From an uncultured Methanoregulaceae archaeon (GTDB lineage Archaea > Halobacteriota > Methanomicrobia > Methanomicrobiales > Methanospirillaceae): a DNA stretch of 64,000 nucleotides. Both the position numbers and the translations under genes were made by a program. Below are positions 1 through 10,177 of the stretch, in pieces; position 1 is the first letter of the stretch; every line of letters begins with the position of its first letter. Where the stretch lies: positions 98,549 through 162,548 of the forward strand of contig CAVOUD010000002.1 of NCBI GenBank assembly GCA_963699515.1, read 5' to 3'. Below the pieces are notes generated by a model. That model saw only the letters and a list, made by a program, of their open reading frames with translations, did no database searches and was not told the origin of the DNA.

Positions 1-89
1 TTGATACGCGAAGCAATGAGATAACCACCAAGAGCCACGAACAGGAGCAGGCTCATCTGGAATTCCGGTGAGGTAAAGAGGCTATCCAT
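1..89 (-). CDS. 5' end of a membrane protein, probably a cation:proton antiporter (runs off the window edge)
   Basis: Manual translation from ATG at 89: MDSLFTSPEFQMSLLLFVALGGYLIASRI. The hydrophobic first helix resembles archaeal CPA2/Kef-type exchangers. Confidence 0.45.
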   Translation of the reverse strand, partial: MDSLFTSPEFQMSLLLFVALGGYLIASRI

Positions 90-541
90 TATGTGTACTG
101 GTAAATTACTGTAAAAAACCCTTGCTGATGACATCCCGGCCCATACCACCATAAATATTTTCCGCACAGCATACAATTAGCGTTATCAAATCCTGGGAGA
201 TCTCCCAGTCTCTAAAAAGATGCTCCCGGTACAGGTCAAAGTATGGCAAAAGTGCTCTCTGCTCTCGCAGGGTTCCGGAAGAAGAGAGAGACAACACTCC
301 GAAACAGGAAGACAGATCCTGGAAGGAAGATGGTGATTGAGCGTCTGCCCCATGTGGAAGATTTTTTGCAAAGGTTCAAGGCGGGGAATTTTGGGTGTAT
401 GGAAAAACGAAAAAACGATCTGAAATCCAAAGGTTGTGGTAGTCTGACAATGGATGCGGAGGGGGAAGTTGCATCGCATACAACGGTGTATTCTCAAAGA
501 TTGTTCAATCGGTACAAAAAAAGATGAAAAATTGTGTTTTA

Positions 542-2182
542 TTAATCATCTATGCCGGGGGGCATACCGCCCATACCACCGGGTGGCATGCCGCCACCAG
601 GTGAGCCGGATCTCGAAGATGCAATGACATCGTCAATACGGAGGATCATAACGGCCGCCTCTGCTGCACTTGATATTGCCTGCGTCTTCACCCGCAGTGG
701 TTCAACAACACCTGCCCTGAGCATATCTACGGGTTTGCCCACATTGACATCAAGCCCGAAATTCTTTTTACCCCCTTCGTGTGCAGCACGGATCGCGACA
801 AGCATATCAATGGGGTCAAGCCCCGCGTTCTCAGCAAGGGACCTAGGGATGACCTCCAATGAAGCAGCGAATGCCTCAATCGCAAGCTGGACACGGCCCC
901 CTTCCTGCGATGCATATCTCCGAAGCTGGAGCGAGAGTTCGGTCTCTGGAGCTCCGCCACCGGCAACGATCTTTTTGCCCTCAATAACCACGCTTACCAC
1001 CATGAGTGCGTCATGGATGGCACGTTCGAGTTCATCGACAACGTGCTCAGTCCCGCCCCTGACAATGATGGAGACTGCCTTGGGATCTTTACATTTCGAG
1101 ACATAGATCATCTCGTCTCCTGAAACCTTGCGTTCCTCAACAAACCCTGCCGTGCCGAGATCCTTTGGTGTTATTGCATCGATACTATTGACGATATTCG
1201 CACCCGTTGCCCGGGCAAGGTTCTCGATATCACTCTTCTTCAGCCTGCGGATAGCAAGGATCCCGGCTTTTGCAAGGTAGTGCTGGGCAACATCATCAAT
1301 ACCCTTCTGGCAGAAGAGAACGGTAGCACCGCTTTTTACAACCTTGTTCACCATCGTATGGACCATGTGCTCTTCTTCATCGAGGAATGCCTGGGCCTGT
1401 CCGGGCGTGGAGATATTGATCTTCGCGTTCACTTCGGTTTTTTTGAATTCGAGCGCTGCGTTCAGGAGAAGAATCTGCGCATTCTTCACTGATTTGGGCA
1501 TGCTCGGGTGCGCACGTTCCTTATCGATAACCATGCCTTCGATAAGATTGGTATCGTCTACCGATCCGCCGACCTTCTTCTCCACATTGATGTGAGCGAT
1601 ATCCACCTTACCATCGGGATCGGTAACAAAGGTGAGCGCCTTTACGAGGATGTCGCAGAGCCGGTCCTTTGATACCTCCGGGTTTTTACCAGAGAGTGCG
1701 GTCTCGGCGATCTTTTTGAGCATCGCGGTATCGGTTGGTTTCACCGTAATTGCGAACCCTTCGACCATCACAAGCGCCTTTGCTGCTGCCATCCGGTATC
1801 CTTCGGCAATAACGGTCGGGTGGACGCCCTGGGTAAGAAGCCCCTCCGCGTTCTTCAGGAGTTCCGCTGCGATCACTACTGCGGTGGTTGTCCCATCGCC
1901 GACTTCAGCGTCCTGGGTCTTTGCGATCTCAACCATCATCTTTGCGGCAGGATGTTCTATGTCCATTTCCTTTAAGATGGTGACCCCGTCATTGGTGATG
2001 GTGATATCCCCCATGCTGTCTATGAGCATCTTGTCCATGCCTTTGGGACCAAGGGTTGAACGGACAGCGGCCGCCACTGCCTTCGCAGCGGCAAAATTAT
2101 TGTTCTGGGCTTCCTGTCCCCGGTTCCTCGTCGCTCCTTCCCTGAGAATAATAATGGGTTGTCCCCCAAGTTGTTGTGACAT
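542..2182 (-). CDS. ths: Thermosome (group II chaperonin) subunit
   Basis: 546 aa with [16 protein letters not shown] and GDGTTT motifs and a GGM-rich C-terminal tail. Confidence 0.97.
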   Translation of the reverse strand: MSQQLGGQPIIILREGATRNRGQEAQNNNFAAAKAVAAAVRSTLGPKGMDKMLIDSMGDITITNDGVTILKEMDIEHPAAKMMVEIAKTQDAEVGDGTTTAVVIAAELLKNAEGLLTQGVHPTVIAEGYRMAAAKALVMVEGFAITVKPTDTAMLKKIAETALSGKNPEVSKDRLCDILVKALTFVTDPDGKVDIAHINVEKKVGGSVDDTNLIEGMVIDKERAHPSMPKSVKNAQILLLNAALEFKKTEVNAKINISTPGQAQAFLDEEEHMVHTMVNKVVKSGATVLFCQKGIDDVAQHYLAKAGILAIRRLKKSDIENLARATGANIVNSIDAITPKDLGTAGFVEERKVSGDEMIYVSKCKDPKAVSIIVRGGTEHVVDELERAIHDALMVVSVVIEGKKIVAGGGAPETELSLQLRRYASQEGGRVQLAIEAFAASLEVIPRSLAENAGLDPIDMLVAIRAAHEGGKKNFGLDVNVGKPVDMLRAGVVEPLRVKTQAISSAAEAAVMILRIDDVIASSRSGSPGGGMPPGGMGGMPPGIDD

Positions 2183-2530
2183 GGTATTCCTCGTTAAGTG
2201 GTGTACATGTTATTTTTTATAAGATAAATAGCGTTACATTCGGCTCTGTAGAAACGGGCATGAACGGATCGGGTTCACTCTCGAACCATGAAAATCGAAT
2301 ACCCGGTTTTTATTTTGATATCCGAGAATGCAGTTAGCTGCTGAAGAGCCTCAGGAAACCAGAGCATTAACCATTTGACCAGTTCACGGACGGGTTCTCC
2401 GACCCGGTGTTTGACGGTCTTCCCCACTCTGCCATTCTTGCATATCCATGAACCGAAAGAAAATAATCGTGGTGCTGAAGCCTCTACCTTATCCAAGGGT
2501 ACCTGTGACCCGACAGCCATGAAGACTCAC

Positions 2531-2645
2531 GGCGTTTTCACCCCCGCTGCTGTGGTCTCCCCCAAATACGATAAAACAAGGACAGGTAATACGTCATTAT
2601 CGCTCAGCGCAGGAGCGGAATGAGGGAACAGGCACTGTCCCCTCC
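2531..2645. repeat. Degenerate structured intergenic element, copy A (related to 22262-22363)
   Basis: Shares ordered blocks with copy B: GTTTT(C)ACCCCCGC, CCCnCAAA(A)TRCGATA, CGTCRYTATC, and hairpin AGGGRACRG-GCA-CKGTCCCCTCC. Confidence 0.55.
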
Positions 2646-2896
2646 TTTATCGTACCAGTGCTTTGTATTTCTTAGAATAGCAGAAGGAATTCTGCAGAGC
2701 GTTACCTTCTCTATTTTTTCCTCATCACTGCTTCAGGTATTCCGGATTATTGTAACTGAACCCATTGCCTGGATGATCGTACTGATCCAAAAAAGCAATA
2801 TTTCAACATCCTGCGATGAGTCAGGAAGGGGAATACTGGCCGGAAAATTGAGAGGATATGGAAATCTCAGTGGAGATTATTACGTTCAAATCCTTT

Positions 2897-3628
2897 TTAT
2901 TCTTTGGTAGTACCATCCGATTCGTTACGTTCTTCTTGTTCTTCGTTATCTCCCTCAAGGTGTCGGATATATTGTTTCATTGAGTGGCGATATCGTTCAG
3001 TATCATTTTCAAGTTCAAGGATACGGTGTGTGTTTTTTGCATCGGCTTCGGTTAATGCGCTTATTTCACTCGTGCAATCCTGAATTTTTCGCGTGTACTC
3101 CTCAATTGCCGTACGTGTTCTCTCTGCATCACGCTCAAATTCAATGATCCTTTCACGATTTTTTACTGCAGATTCCCTGAGGGCACCAAGTTCACCCTCA
3201 TTTTTCCGAACCTGTTGAATATACTGTTCTATTGTTGAACGCAACCGGTCAGATTCTCTTTCCAATTCGGCTATTCTTTTGGTATTTTTCGTTTCGGATT
3301 CCCGAAAACCGCCGATTTCGACCTCTTTTTCCTTGATAGTCTGAGACATATACAGGTTCGAGGTCTTTACAATCGCATAATCAGATTTCAAATCCGAAAG
3401 AAGTGATTTCTGGTGATCCAGATCCTGATAGACTGAGCGTAACTGGTTTTTAGTTTGCCTGTTCTGATCAGTGAGGGAAACAAGTTCGTCGTTGAGGATT
3501 GTGAGTTCAGTGCCGGCAGCCGCATTCATTTCAAGAATGCGACGCCATCTGAATAATCGCCCAAAAAAACCAACAGATTTAAGTTTTTCGAATAATACCC
3601 GTAAATTATCTGAAGTTGAGATAACCAT
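2897..3628 (-). CDS. Hypothetical coiled-coil protein with three 42-aa repeats
   Basis: 243-aa ORF with heptad pattern. Repeats begin EIGGFRESETKN, ELGALRESAVKN and EISALTEADAKN. Confidence 0.75.
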   Translation of the reverse strand: MVISTSDNLRVLFEKLKSVGFFGRLFRWRRILEMNAAAGTELTILNDELVSLTDQNRQTKNQLRSVYQDLDHQKSLLSDLKSDYAIVKTSNLYMSQTIKEKEVEIGGFRESETKNTKRIAELERESDRLRSTIEQYIQQVRKNEGELGALRESAVKNRERIIEFERDAERTRTAIEEYTRKIQDCTSEISALTEADAKNTHRILELENDTERYRHSMKQYIRHLEGDNEEQEERNESDGTTKE

Positions 3629-3759
3629 TATTCACTCCCAATAAATCCTAAGTCCATTAATGAATACAAACGTTCTTAATATTTAAAAAAAACCGATTGC
3701 GGTTCGTTAAGGAGCGGGGATTTTGAGGGAAACAGAGGTTAACGCGATGATTCAATACC

Positions 3760-4152
3760 TTATTTTTTTCTTTTGGGAATTGTTTTTTCTTTCTTTGGCC
3801 AGAATACCAGGAGAATCGCAATTACTCCTAAACTTACGATCGACATGGTCACAATACCCCAGAATGTTTTATCAGTTCCCTGAGTAAAATACGCCAGAGA
3901 AGCAAATGTCAGCGCACCGGTGGCGATTATTACGGCTCCACCTGCAAATATCACCATGACACGGGATAAATGGAACATTCGTTCAGCAAGTTCACCCGAT
4001 TTCTTTTGAGATTCCATTGACTGTATCAGGATTGCTGTAGCGATACTGTCCGGACTATCTTTGAGTTTTTGATATGCCTGTATTTTATCATCAATTTTTT
4101 TTTCAAATTCTGAATAATTGGTAATTAAGTCATCGATTTCTTCTGCGTCCAT
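3760..4152 (-). CDS. Hypothetical membrane protein (N-terminal coiled coil, two C-terminal TM helices)
   Basis: 130-aa ORF with two hydrophobic segments and a basic tail. Confidence 0.65.
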   Translation of the reverse strand: MDAEEIDDLITNYSEFEKKIDDKIQAYQKLKDSPDSIATAILIQSMESQKKSGELAERMFHLSRVMVIFAGGAVIIATGALTFASLAYFTQGTDKTFWGIVTMSIVSLGVIAILLVFWPKKEKTIPKRKK

Positions 4153-4469
4153 ACTGTAGAATCATTCAGGAAGGTAGTGCTATAAAATGATATTCCTTGC
4201 ACCGGTGCCTTGCATCATACGATAGGTAATAAATGAGGATACTATCGAAGAGATTGTTCAGGGTATTCAGCATTTACGGTCTTACCGTATTTATTGTAAT
4301 ACGGATTTTTTTTAGGATATCCATAACCCAAATTATAAGTGCAAGGATTCGAATCGGAATCCCATGTTATCCTATCATTACTTAACCCCTTGTCCTGGAA
4401 AAAAACGGGCAGTTTTTTTGTTACAGCAGTTGAATGCATATTTGGACAACGTCCGGGAGCTGGAAAGAT

Positions 4470-5258
4470 ATGAAAGTCCTTGTGATCATCGGCAGCCCGA
4501 GAAAGGGGAACACCTTCCGTGCAGCGGAACGGATTAGGGAAATTCTCCAGTCATACAGCCCGGTAGAGTTTGAGTACATCTGGCTGCTGGACGAGAATCT
4601 CGGATTCTGTCGCGGTTGTTTTACCTGCATTGCCAAAGGTGAGGAGAACTGCCCGGTGAAGGATGCAGCACCTGCAATCGAGCAGAAGATGCGGGATGCC
4701 GATGGCGTGATCTTTGCTTCACCCGTGTACGGGATGAATGTCAGCGGACTTTTCAAGGTATTTGTCGATCGGTCCTCCTACATCTTCCACCGCCCGCGGT
4801 TTTTTGAGAAGAAGGCACTGCTCCTCAGCACTGCCGGAGCCATCGGGAACAGCGAGGTTCTCAAGTACCTGCGCCTCGTGGCACAGGTGTGGGGCTTTGA
4901 GGTCGCAGGTGAGGCCGGGCTGATCACCCCGCCGGGCACAATTCCGGAATACCGCGAGCGCGAGAACGAGGAAATCTGCACACGGGCCGCAGCAGTATTC
5001 CATACAGCCCTTACATCCCCCCTCCGCAAAAGCCCGGGTCTCAATGACGTGATCATCTTTCATGCGCAGCGGGGATCCTTTGGGGAACTGCGGGAGCAGG
5101 CTCCGGTGGACTACCGGTACTGGAAGGAGCACGGCTGGCTTGAACCGGGTGTCCGGTATTATGTAAAGGTGCAGGTCTATCCGCTCTATACGTTGATTGG
5201 CCAGTTCGTGGAATACATGGCCCGGCGTCAGGTACGAAAAGATTATCCCGCGAAATGA
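4470..5258 (+). CDS. Flavodoxin-like / iron-sulfur flavoprotein family (NADPH-dependent FMN reductase)
   Basis: GSPRKGNT, CRGCFTC-x6-C and ADGVIFASPVY motifs. Start placed at MKVLVII. Confidence 0.9.
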   Translation: MKVLVIIGSPRKGNTFRAAERIREILQSYSPVEFEYIWLLDENLGFCRGCFTCIAKGEENCPVKDAAPAIEQKMRDADGVIFASPVYGMNVSGLFKVFVDRSSYIFHRPRFFEKKALLLSTAGAIGNSEVLKYLRLVAQVWGFEVAGEAGLITPPGTIPEYRERENEEICTRAAAVFHTALTSPLRKSPGLNDVIIFHAQRGSFGELREQAPVDYRYWKEHGWLEPGVRYYVKVQVYPLYTLIGQFVEYMARRQVRKDYPAK

Positions 5259-6386
5259 TCGACAAAAAAGCGGGACTTGGATCTGCGGGGTTTGAGGTGG
5301 TGAAACCGACATGTGCATCCCGTATACCAACGGAGCCCGATATGGACCCGGATTGGCTCTTTTTGGTGGGGTGATCTGAATAAAAGTGCAAAAAATGCCG
5401 AATGAAAAACATGTTTTTTGAAATACGCTGATATTGCGATTTTCCTGGCAAAATACGGCAATTACTGGGTTTAAAATGAGCCTGTTTGGTGCAGTTTTGT
5501 TGGCGGATCTCAATGTTGATCCCCCATACCTACCGATTAGAGAAGAAACACCTGAATTGATCTTTATCTAACATGGATGAGAAATAGCGATCATCTTTTT
5601 GGACCTGCTCTTACCTTATGTATCTATAAAAGCTCAAAATGGCAATCAGGACTTAATTCGGGCATATTCGGTTTTTCGCAAGATCCCGGTAACCGGACTT
5701 ATTGGGGGATTTTTGATTACCTATCTTCAAATTCTAAATATACGGGCGTAGAATGAGGAATGCACGGTTTTACCGGCAGAAAAACCGGCCTTTTTATTCC
5801 CTATTGGTTGGCAGATCTTTTTTCAGACGGGCTGAAGTATGGGGAAATGAAAAGAAGGTCTGTATTGGGGATCCGGAATTACACCAAAACCGGGAGAAAA
5901 CCTACTCTTTTACCTACCCTGCTTCTCCGTCGGAGAATATCTTCATGTTAAGGAGTCCAACCCCAAAAAAATCACTAATTCGAGAGAAAACAGAACTACT
6001 GTTTTGGGATATCCCCGGTTCAAAGCCGGTTTGGCTATCGGGAACAGTAATGCAGCCGGAAATGACCGCTAATAGCACCTATTGGAAGACGAGTAAAAAC
6101 CAAAGATAGGAGGAAGACCCGATGAAAGTTGTATAAACCCGTATCTTCCTTAAACGTTTACTTATTTTTTAGGAAAGATAAATGTTGCTAAATTGTGTTA
6201 AGAATTATATATCAGTGACTGTCCAATTGCCCAAAGAACGCGAATATAGTCTTTGGTGTTTTCTTTATATTCTCATATTAATAACCGAAACAGATTATAA
6301 AAGGATGAGTGGCAAAATCGCAGAAACCTATAACCCCAGTTGTGGTGCGAGAATCTGGATTCGAACCTCCACCACATCTTAAGAGC

Positions 6387-6923
6387 TCAATACAATTTTC
6401 CATTTTTCCAGAAGAATGGTTTTTCGTATTCTCTTTCAAAATTCGCAAAAACACCCTCATAAAGAGCAGGGTATTTTGCATCCTTTAAGGGAATGTTAAC
6501 CATGAATTTTTCAATATCTTCAGAATCTGAGATCATCTTCAGATTCAAATGGCAGCTCCAGTCCGATAACAATGAACACAGGTATCCTTCTCTGGTATTC
6601 GAATTCCTGATACCTTTTTAATTGTGCTGGATACGACCATTCCAGTTGGTTCTTGTTATTCAATTGTGTTCGGTACTTACACTCGACAGCAAATTTTTCT
6701 CTCGTTGGAAGGTATTCAAAAATGAAATCGGGATTTTTACTGCTGTCAACATACCTTTCAGTGTTTGTTTTAAACGAATGAGTTTTTTCAACAATTTTGA
6801 AATATTATTCGAAAAGAGATTTTGGACATGATCCTCAAATCGTTTACCAACAATTTCAGAATCATTCGAGATATGATAATCAATTTTTTGAATTGCATTA
6901 CCAATTTTACCCAAAAATCGCAT
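6387..6923 (-). pseudogene. Frameshifted PD-(D/E)XK restriction-endonuclease-like gene (two indels; may be intact in vivo)
   Basis: Joining three frames gives ...GKRFEDHVQNLFS / YFKIVEKTHSFKTNTERYVDSSKNPDFIFEYLPTREKFAVECKYRTQ...QLKRYQEF...PVFIVIG / ...KPFFWKNGKLY*. Confidence 0.7.
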
Positions 6924-7044
6924 AGTAAAAATCGATCCATTTATCAAAGCATCAATGTTACGGATGCTTTCTATTCCCGATTAAACCGGCGGGCTTACAA
7001 TAATCGTCGCTTCCCATCATTCTTGAGCAAAACCATCGCAACCC

Positions 7045-7062
7045 TTATAATTCCTCCCCCCA
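7045..7062 (+). promoter_or_regulatory. Putative BRE/TATA promoter of the rps15 operon
   Basis: CGCAACCCTTATAA lies about 40 nt upstream of the structured leader. Confidence 0.4.
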
Positions 7063-7100
7063 AATACAGTCAAGCACTTTTACATAATTGTGCTGACAGA

Positions 7101-7191
7101 TGTAAGTCCGACGTGCTTCATCGCACGGCCTCAACCAAGGCTTTGGGATTACAGGGAGTCAGTAAAAATACTCGACTTTTCTGGACTTACA
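7101..7191 (+). ncRNA. Structured 5' leader of rps15 (putative S15 ribosomal leader)
   Basis: Perfect 9-bp closing stem TGTAAGTCC/GGACTTACA enclosing hairpins CGTGC-TTCATC-GCACG, GCC-n8-GGC and AGTC..GACT. It ends just before the AGGAGG SD. Confidence 0.7.
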
Positions 7192-7213
7192 CAAGAGTTT
7201 AGGAGGCTATTGT

Positions 7214-7672
7214 ATGGCACGAATGCATGCTCGAAGAAGAGGCAAGTCATGCTCTGTCCGCCCCTACCGGAAACAGGCACCTGCGTGGTCCAATACGGAC
7301 GCAAAGGCGATCACCAAAGTGATCCTGGATCTCCGCAAGGAAGGCGCATCGAGCAGCAAAATTGGGCTTGTCCTGCGGGACCGCTACGGCGTCCCTGACG
7401 TGAAACTTGCCCTCGGTAAGCGTATCGGGGATGTTTTAAAAGAGAACAAGGTTGCATCCGAGATCCCTGAAGATCTCCGCGATCTTATGATAAAGGCACT
7501 CGGGCTGCGCAAGCACCTGGGTGAGAACAAGAAAGACCTGCACAACAAGCGGCAGCTGAACCTGACCGAGTCAAAGATCCGGCGTCTTGTGCGGTACTAC
7601 CGTGGAACAAAGAAGCTGCCCCAGGAGTTCGTCTACAAGCCGGAGACCGCAGAAATTCTGTTGTCCCGATAA
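7214..7672 (+). CDS. rps15: 30S ribosomal protein S15 (uS15)
   Basis: [17 protein letters not shown] and [11 protein letters not shown] motifs. Confidence 0.98.
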   Translation: MARMHARRRGKSCSVRPYRKQAPAWSNTDAKAITKVILDLRKEGASSSKIGLVLRDRYGVPDVKLALGKRIGDVLKENKVASEIPEDLRDLMIKALGLRKHLGENKKDLHNKRQLNLTESKIRRLVRYYRGTKKLPQEFVYKPETAEILLSR

Positions 7673-7698
7673 GGAACAATCATCATCCGAAAATACCC

Positions 7699-8930
7699 AT
7701 GCCCCTTGAATCCATCGCAGAAACGGTTGCAGATCAGATCCGGCGCCAGGAGTTTGTCGAGGTCTACGCACACCATGATGCAGACGGCATAGCAGCCGGC
7801 TCGATCCTCTGCCACGCGATGGAGCGGGCAGGTATCCGGTTCCGCTTAAGGATCCGGCAGGAAGTCAATCCTCGCTGAGCTGAAAGGAGACGCTGGTCAC
7901 CTGCTCTGCGATCTCGGGGCAGGAATACCAGACCTCCCCGCTGAAATAATGGTGGTCGATCACCATCTCCCGAAGTTTGAGGGAACGTTCCATGCAAACC
8001 CAAGGCTTGCAGGAATTGACGGTGACCGGGAACTGTCCGGAGCAGGGATGGCGTATATCGTAGCCCAGAAGATGGGGGACAACCGCGATCTGTCGGGGCT
8101 TGTAATACCCGGCATTATCGGTGACGGCCAGGAAATAACAGGTAAAAACCTCGGGATCTTCAATGACGGCATCACTGACGGCATCATCGTTCCGGACCGC
8201 GGGCTCACCCTCCCGGGCAGGGACATGACCGAACGGTGGTATACAGCAATCAGCCCGTATCTCGACGGGATCAGCGGCGGGGAACAGACTCATCGCTGAT
8301 CTCATCGGACAGGCACAGGTCCAGGCAAAAGGTGAGAATGCGAGCCGGCTCGACACCCTGCTCTCACGGGTAGTACTGGAAGCAGCACCAAACACGACAC
8401 GGGCAAGCCTCGAAATGATCTACGGTGATACCTACCATCTCCAGCGTGAGGTGATTGAAGATGCCCATGCACTCACTGCGGTGATTGATGCCTGCGGGAA
8501 AGCCGGTCGTGGCGATATCGGGGCAACCCTCTGCCTTCGCTCCTCCCATTATCTCGACCAGGCATGGGAGATTGCCCGGCAGCACCGTATGAACGTGATC
8601 GATGCGATCCGGCATTTACACCCCGCTGAAGGTCCGGTCGGTGTCTACGAAGTGCAGGACGTCACCCTGGCAAGCGATGTCGCAGATATCCTTGCGCGTG
8701 ACCTTATCAACATGTGGCCGGTGCTCGTGTATGCACATACCGGTGACTCCTGCAAAATCTCGGCACGCTGCCCTGCAGGGATCGTAAGGGAACTCGGACC
8801 GCTGGTCAGCACGCTTGCAACTGCATGCGGGGGCAACGGCGGTGGACATATCCGCAGGGCAGGAGCAACCATTCCCTGCGGGAAGATGGGTATGTTTACC
8901 AAAGGCTGGCAGGAGGAACTTGCCTCATGA
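7699..8930 (+). CDS. RecJ-like DHH/DHHA1 phosphoesterase (apparent frameshifts near 7870 and 8290)
   Basis: HHDADG, DHH and GGGH motifs spread over three frames. Conserved rps15-DHH-pcc1-rps3ae context. Confidence 0.85.
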
Positions 8931-9256
8931 TGCAGATCAACGGCAGGATAACAACAGTGCACGGCAATGCAGGATGTGTTGCCTCCTCATTAGCGCCGGA
9001 CAACCTCGTCAGCATGAACACAACCGCTGAAGGTGATCGTGTGACGACGGTACTTACCGGCACACAGCTCCGGTCGGTCATCGCTTCGGTAGACGACTAT
9101 CTCATGAATCTGGCAATTGCGGAGGACACCTGTTCGTCTTTTTCGCACCAGTCCGCAGATTCTCAACATATAAGCAACGGTAAAACCCGGTCAGACAATT
9201 TGGGAAAGAATACGGTTGCAGGAAAAAAAAGTACAAGGAGGAATTCCTCCAGGTGA
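8927..9256 (+). CDS. pcc1: KEOPS complex subunit Pcc1
   Basis: SLAPDN and LRSVIASVDDYLMNLAIAE motifs, ATGA overlap with the upstream gene, canonical synteny. Confidence 0.85.
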   Translation: MMQINGRITTVHGNAGCVASSLAPDNLVSMNTTAEGDRVTTVLTGTQLRSVIASVDDYLMNLAIAEDTCSSFSHQSADSQHISNGKTRSDNLGKNTVAGKKSTRRNSSR

Positions 9257-9260
9257 TACC

Positions 9261-9866
9261 ATGGCAAAGAAAAAACAGGTTGGAAGAAGAGTAGAAGGCT
9301 GGAAAGCCAAAAGCTGGTTCAAGGTACACGTCCCCGACAATCTCGGCAAGGCGTATATCGGTGACACCATTGCAAACGATGCTGAGAGCGTAGTCGGCAG
9401 GATCATGCAGGCAACGCTTGGTGAGATTACCAACGATTACGCAAAACAGCACATGAAGATGAGCTTTAAGATCGCAACGGTAACCGGTGATGCAGCATAT
9501 ACTGAATTTGTCGGTCACGAAGTTACTCGGGACTACCTCCGCTCGCTCGTCAAGCGCCGGAGCTCCCGCGTGGACTGCCAGGTTCCGCTCCTCACAAAGG
9601 ACGGCAAGAAAGTGCGGCTGACCATCAGCTGCTACACCTTTGCCCGTGCAAACATTACGCAGGAGCACGCAATCAGAAAAGCTATCACTGATACGGTCAC
9701 TGCCCAGGCAGCGGCATGGGACTTGACCACCCTTGTCAACGGGATTGCATCTGGTGAGATCTCCCGGGATCTCTTCAAAGCGGTCAAGACCATTTACCCG
9801 ACCCGCAGGGTTGAGATCATCAAATCCAAGGTCGAGCCGGTCGCAGCACGGGTCTCTACCGTATAA
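9261..9866 (+). CDS. rps3ae: 30S ribosomal protein S3Ae (eS1)
   Basis: WKAKSWF, DYLRSLVKRRSSRVD and IYPTRRVEIIK motifs. Confidence 0.97.
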   Translation: MAKKKQVGRRVEGWKAKSWFKVHVPDNLGKAYIGDTIANDAESVVGRIMQATLGEITNDYAKQHMKMSFKIATVTGDAAYTEFVGHEVTRDYLRSLVKRRSSRVDCQVPLLTKDGKKVRLTISCYTFARANITQEHAIRKAITDTVTAQAAAWDLTTLVNGIASGEISRDLFKAVKTIYPTRRVEIIKSKVEPVAARVSTV

Positions 9867-10177
9867 TACCAAAAGGATCTTCTTTTTTTTTAATGGAGTG
9901 TGGTTACTCCCGGGTTTATTGACCATTCCGCGGTTTCAAACGTTACAAAGGAGACTGGCACGACCCCCTTTATGTACCTGGTTAAAAACTGGTAACATTA
10001 TCCGTGAGATTGCCCTTTGGCCCCGGCTCCTCCATGGTCCTGCCGCGATGAGCCGGAACACACCCTTCGAGATGGCATTTAAACGTCAAAATGGGGACAT
10101 TTTCAGGATAATTCCCCGGTTTTCTATCATCCAACCAAGAAACATAATTAGTCACCACATCCAACCATTCCATACGA

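Noticed and set aside
106-527. Overlapping short ORFs between the antiporter fragment and ths
   Set aside because: No recognisable motif or convincing coding frame on either strand.
5260-6340. Long AT-rich stretch with ORFs 5753-6109 and 6182-6382
   Set aside because: The translations look non-protein-like and I could not reconstruct a frameshifted gene or a repeat. Left unannotated.
9130-9256. Low-complexity C-terminal extension on Pcc1
   Set aside because: Probably a variable tail or a lost stop from an indel; no supporting motif.
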